64,000 nucleotides of DNA, from positions 252,776,001-252,840,000 of the forward strand of contig NC_086097.1 of the NCBI RefSeq assembly GCF_963921235.1, given 5' to 3'. Origin of the DNA: Mobula hypostoma. Lineage: Eukaryota. Of the stretch, positions 62,015-64,000 are shown piece by piece (position 1 is the first letter of the stretch; each line of letters opens with the position of its first letter). The notes below the pieces were generated by a model that was given only the letters and a program-made list of their open reading frames with translations, was not told where the DNA came from and did not search any database. Both the position numbers and the translations under genes were made by a program.

Positions 62015-64000
62015 TTACTTTTTTTTTCTTTTTCAATATTTTTATTGATTTCTTACATAAAAGAATACAGAGTACAGTAGGATATATAATATATATCGAT
62101 TATAATATATTGGAATCACAAATATAGTTTCATTACCCCATATCCATATACTTTAAATTTAAACATAATATTGAAAAGATATACTTTGTTATACAAAAAA
62201 AACCTAAACCCATTACCAGAAAAAAACAGCTGTTTGGTTAAAAAAAAGGAAAAAAATCCTTATTATATCATGAAACATATTGTTAGCCAACATCTGTGCT
62301 TAATAGCAAATCAAAGATTTTGAAAATAATTCAAAAAAGGTCCCCACAATATTAAAAAATCTTGTCTAGGTTCAGAAATTGAACAGCGAATCTTCTCTAA
62401 ATTTAAACATGACATAACATCATAATATCAAGTGGAACAGGTCAACATCTTTAAGTTCCTTGGGGTCAATATCACAAATGACCTGACTTGGTCCAACCAA
62501 GCAGAGTTCACTGCCAAGAAGGCCCACCAGCGCCTTTACCTCCTGAGAAAACTAAAGAAATTTGGCTTGTCCCTTAAAACCCTCACTAATTTTTATAGAT
62601 GCACCATAGAAAGCATTCTTCTAGGGTGCATCACAACCTGGTATGGAAGTTGTCCTGTCCAAGACCGGAAAAAGCTGCAGAAGATCGTGAACACGATGCA
62701 GCACATCACACAAGCCAATCTTCCGTCCTTGGACTCACTTTATACTGTACGCTGTCGGAGCAGTGCTGCCAGGATAATCAAGGACATGACCTACCCAGCC
62801 AACACACTTTTTGTCCCTCTTTCCTCCGGGAGAAGGCTCAGGAGCTTGAAGACTCGTACGGCCAGATTTGGGAACAGCTTCTTTCCAACTGTGATAAGAC
62901 TGCTGAACGGATCCTGACCCAGATCTGGGCCGTACCCTCCAAATATCCAGACCTGCCTCTCGGCTTTTTTGCACTACCTTACTTTTCCTTTTCTATTTTC
63001 TATTTATGATTTATAATTTAAATTTTTAATATTTACTATTGATTTGTACTCCAGGGAGTGGGAAGCGCAGAATCAAATATCGCTGTGATGATTGTATGTT
63101 CTAGTATCAATTGTTTGGCGACAATAAAGTATGAAGTATCATTTAACTAATGAGTATGAGTAGGCGGAGTGACATTCTTCCACTTAAGCAACAATGCCCT
63201 CCTGGCTATAAGAGAAATAAAGACCAAAATATACAAATCATGTGACTCCAAAATAATATTATTTCCTCTAACAATACTAAATAAGGCAGTCAAAAGATTA
63301 GGTTTAAAATTTACATTAAAAGGCACCGAGAAAGTTTGGAACACTTCCTTCCAATATTTTCCAAGACTCGGACAAGTCCAAAACATATGAATTAGCGAAG
63401 CGTCTCCATTGTTACATCTATTGCAATGGGGAGATATATCTGAATAAAAACGAGAGAGCTTATCTTTAGTCATGTGGGCCCTATGAACCATTTTAAATTG
63501 TAGAAGGGAATGACATAGCAATGAGGTATTAACTAACTTAAATATTTTATTCTAAGTATCCTCAGAAATTGGAATCTGTAAATCTTGTTCACAGAGATTT
63601 TTAATTTTGTCTCAAGGAATATTTCTCATTCCCAACAACATACCATAAACATTAGATATAGATCCATTATGGAAGGGTTTCAAATTAAAAATTGTATCAA
63701 GTAAATTCTCATCTGGACTTGCAGGAAATGTGTGTACTTGAGAATGCAAGAAGTCTTTAATTTATCAATATCGAAAGAAGTGGGTTTTGGGTAGGCTATA
63801 TTTAGCTGACAGTTGTTCAAATGAAGAGAGACTATCTCCAACAAACAAATGCTGAAAACATTTAATACCCAATCTATTCCACTCTTTAAAAACTACATCA
63901 GTCATAGAAGGTTTACAAATGGTTAGAAAAATGGGATTTGAAAGTGAAAAACTCAATAAACCAAAATATTTTCTAAATTGTACCCAAATCTTCAAGATGT
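62015..64000 (-). mobile_element. L1-clade LINE 3' part, decayed
   Basis: QFKMVHRAHMT...CNRCNNGDASLIHMFWTCP (CCHC-type motif); poly(A)-like tail (T-rich on + at about 62005-62045). Confidence 0.85.
62428..63140 (+). mobile_element. Rex1/Babar LINE 3' fragment inserted in the L1
   Basis: ORF 62432-62917 (FKFLGVNITNDLTWS...KKAHQRLYLLRKL...FYRCTIESIL...WYG). Confidence 0.88.

Overview
Eukaryotic, AT-rich, very repeat-dense non-coding DNA. The repeat landscape is typical of a cartilaginous fish, most likely a ray or skate (inferred from repeats only). It includes dozens of decayed CR1 LINEs with an esterase ORF1, V-SINEs, Rex1/Babar, RTE, RTE-X, L2, Vingi-like and L1-like fragments, Penelope-like elements, Tc1/mariner, Tigger/pogo and hAT DNA transposons, and a solo LTR. 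No host protein-coding gene is confidently recognisable: almost all listed ORFs are retrotransposon remnants or their antisense frames. One weak candidate exon lies at 44886-45037 (-). The main highlight is about 10 copies of a Penelope-derived repeat carrying a minimal type I hammerhead ribozyme motif; two copies have intact cores and two sit downstream of GIY-YIG endonuclease remnants. Other highlights: a tRNA/CORE-type SINE sharing its 3' tail with an RTE LINE in the same window; a multi-layer nested insertion at 35-42 kb with readable TSDs; a fully palindromic four-TIR mariner MITE; a ~230-bp hairpin inside a Tigger element; and an in-frame 861-bp tandem duplication inside a young CR1. Family names come from motif recognition, not database searches, and most boundaries are approximate (+/- 10-30 bp) unless TIRs or TSDs are quoted.
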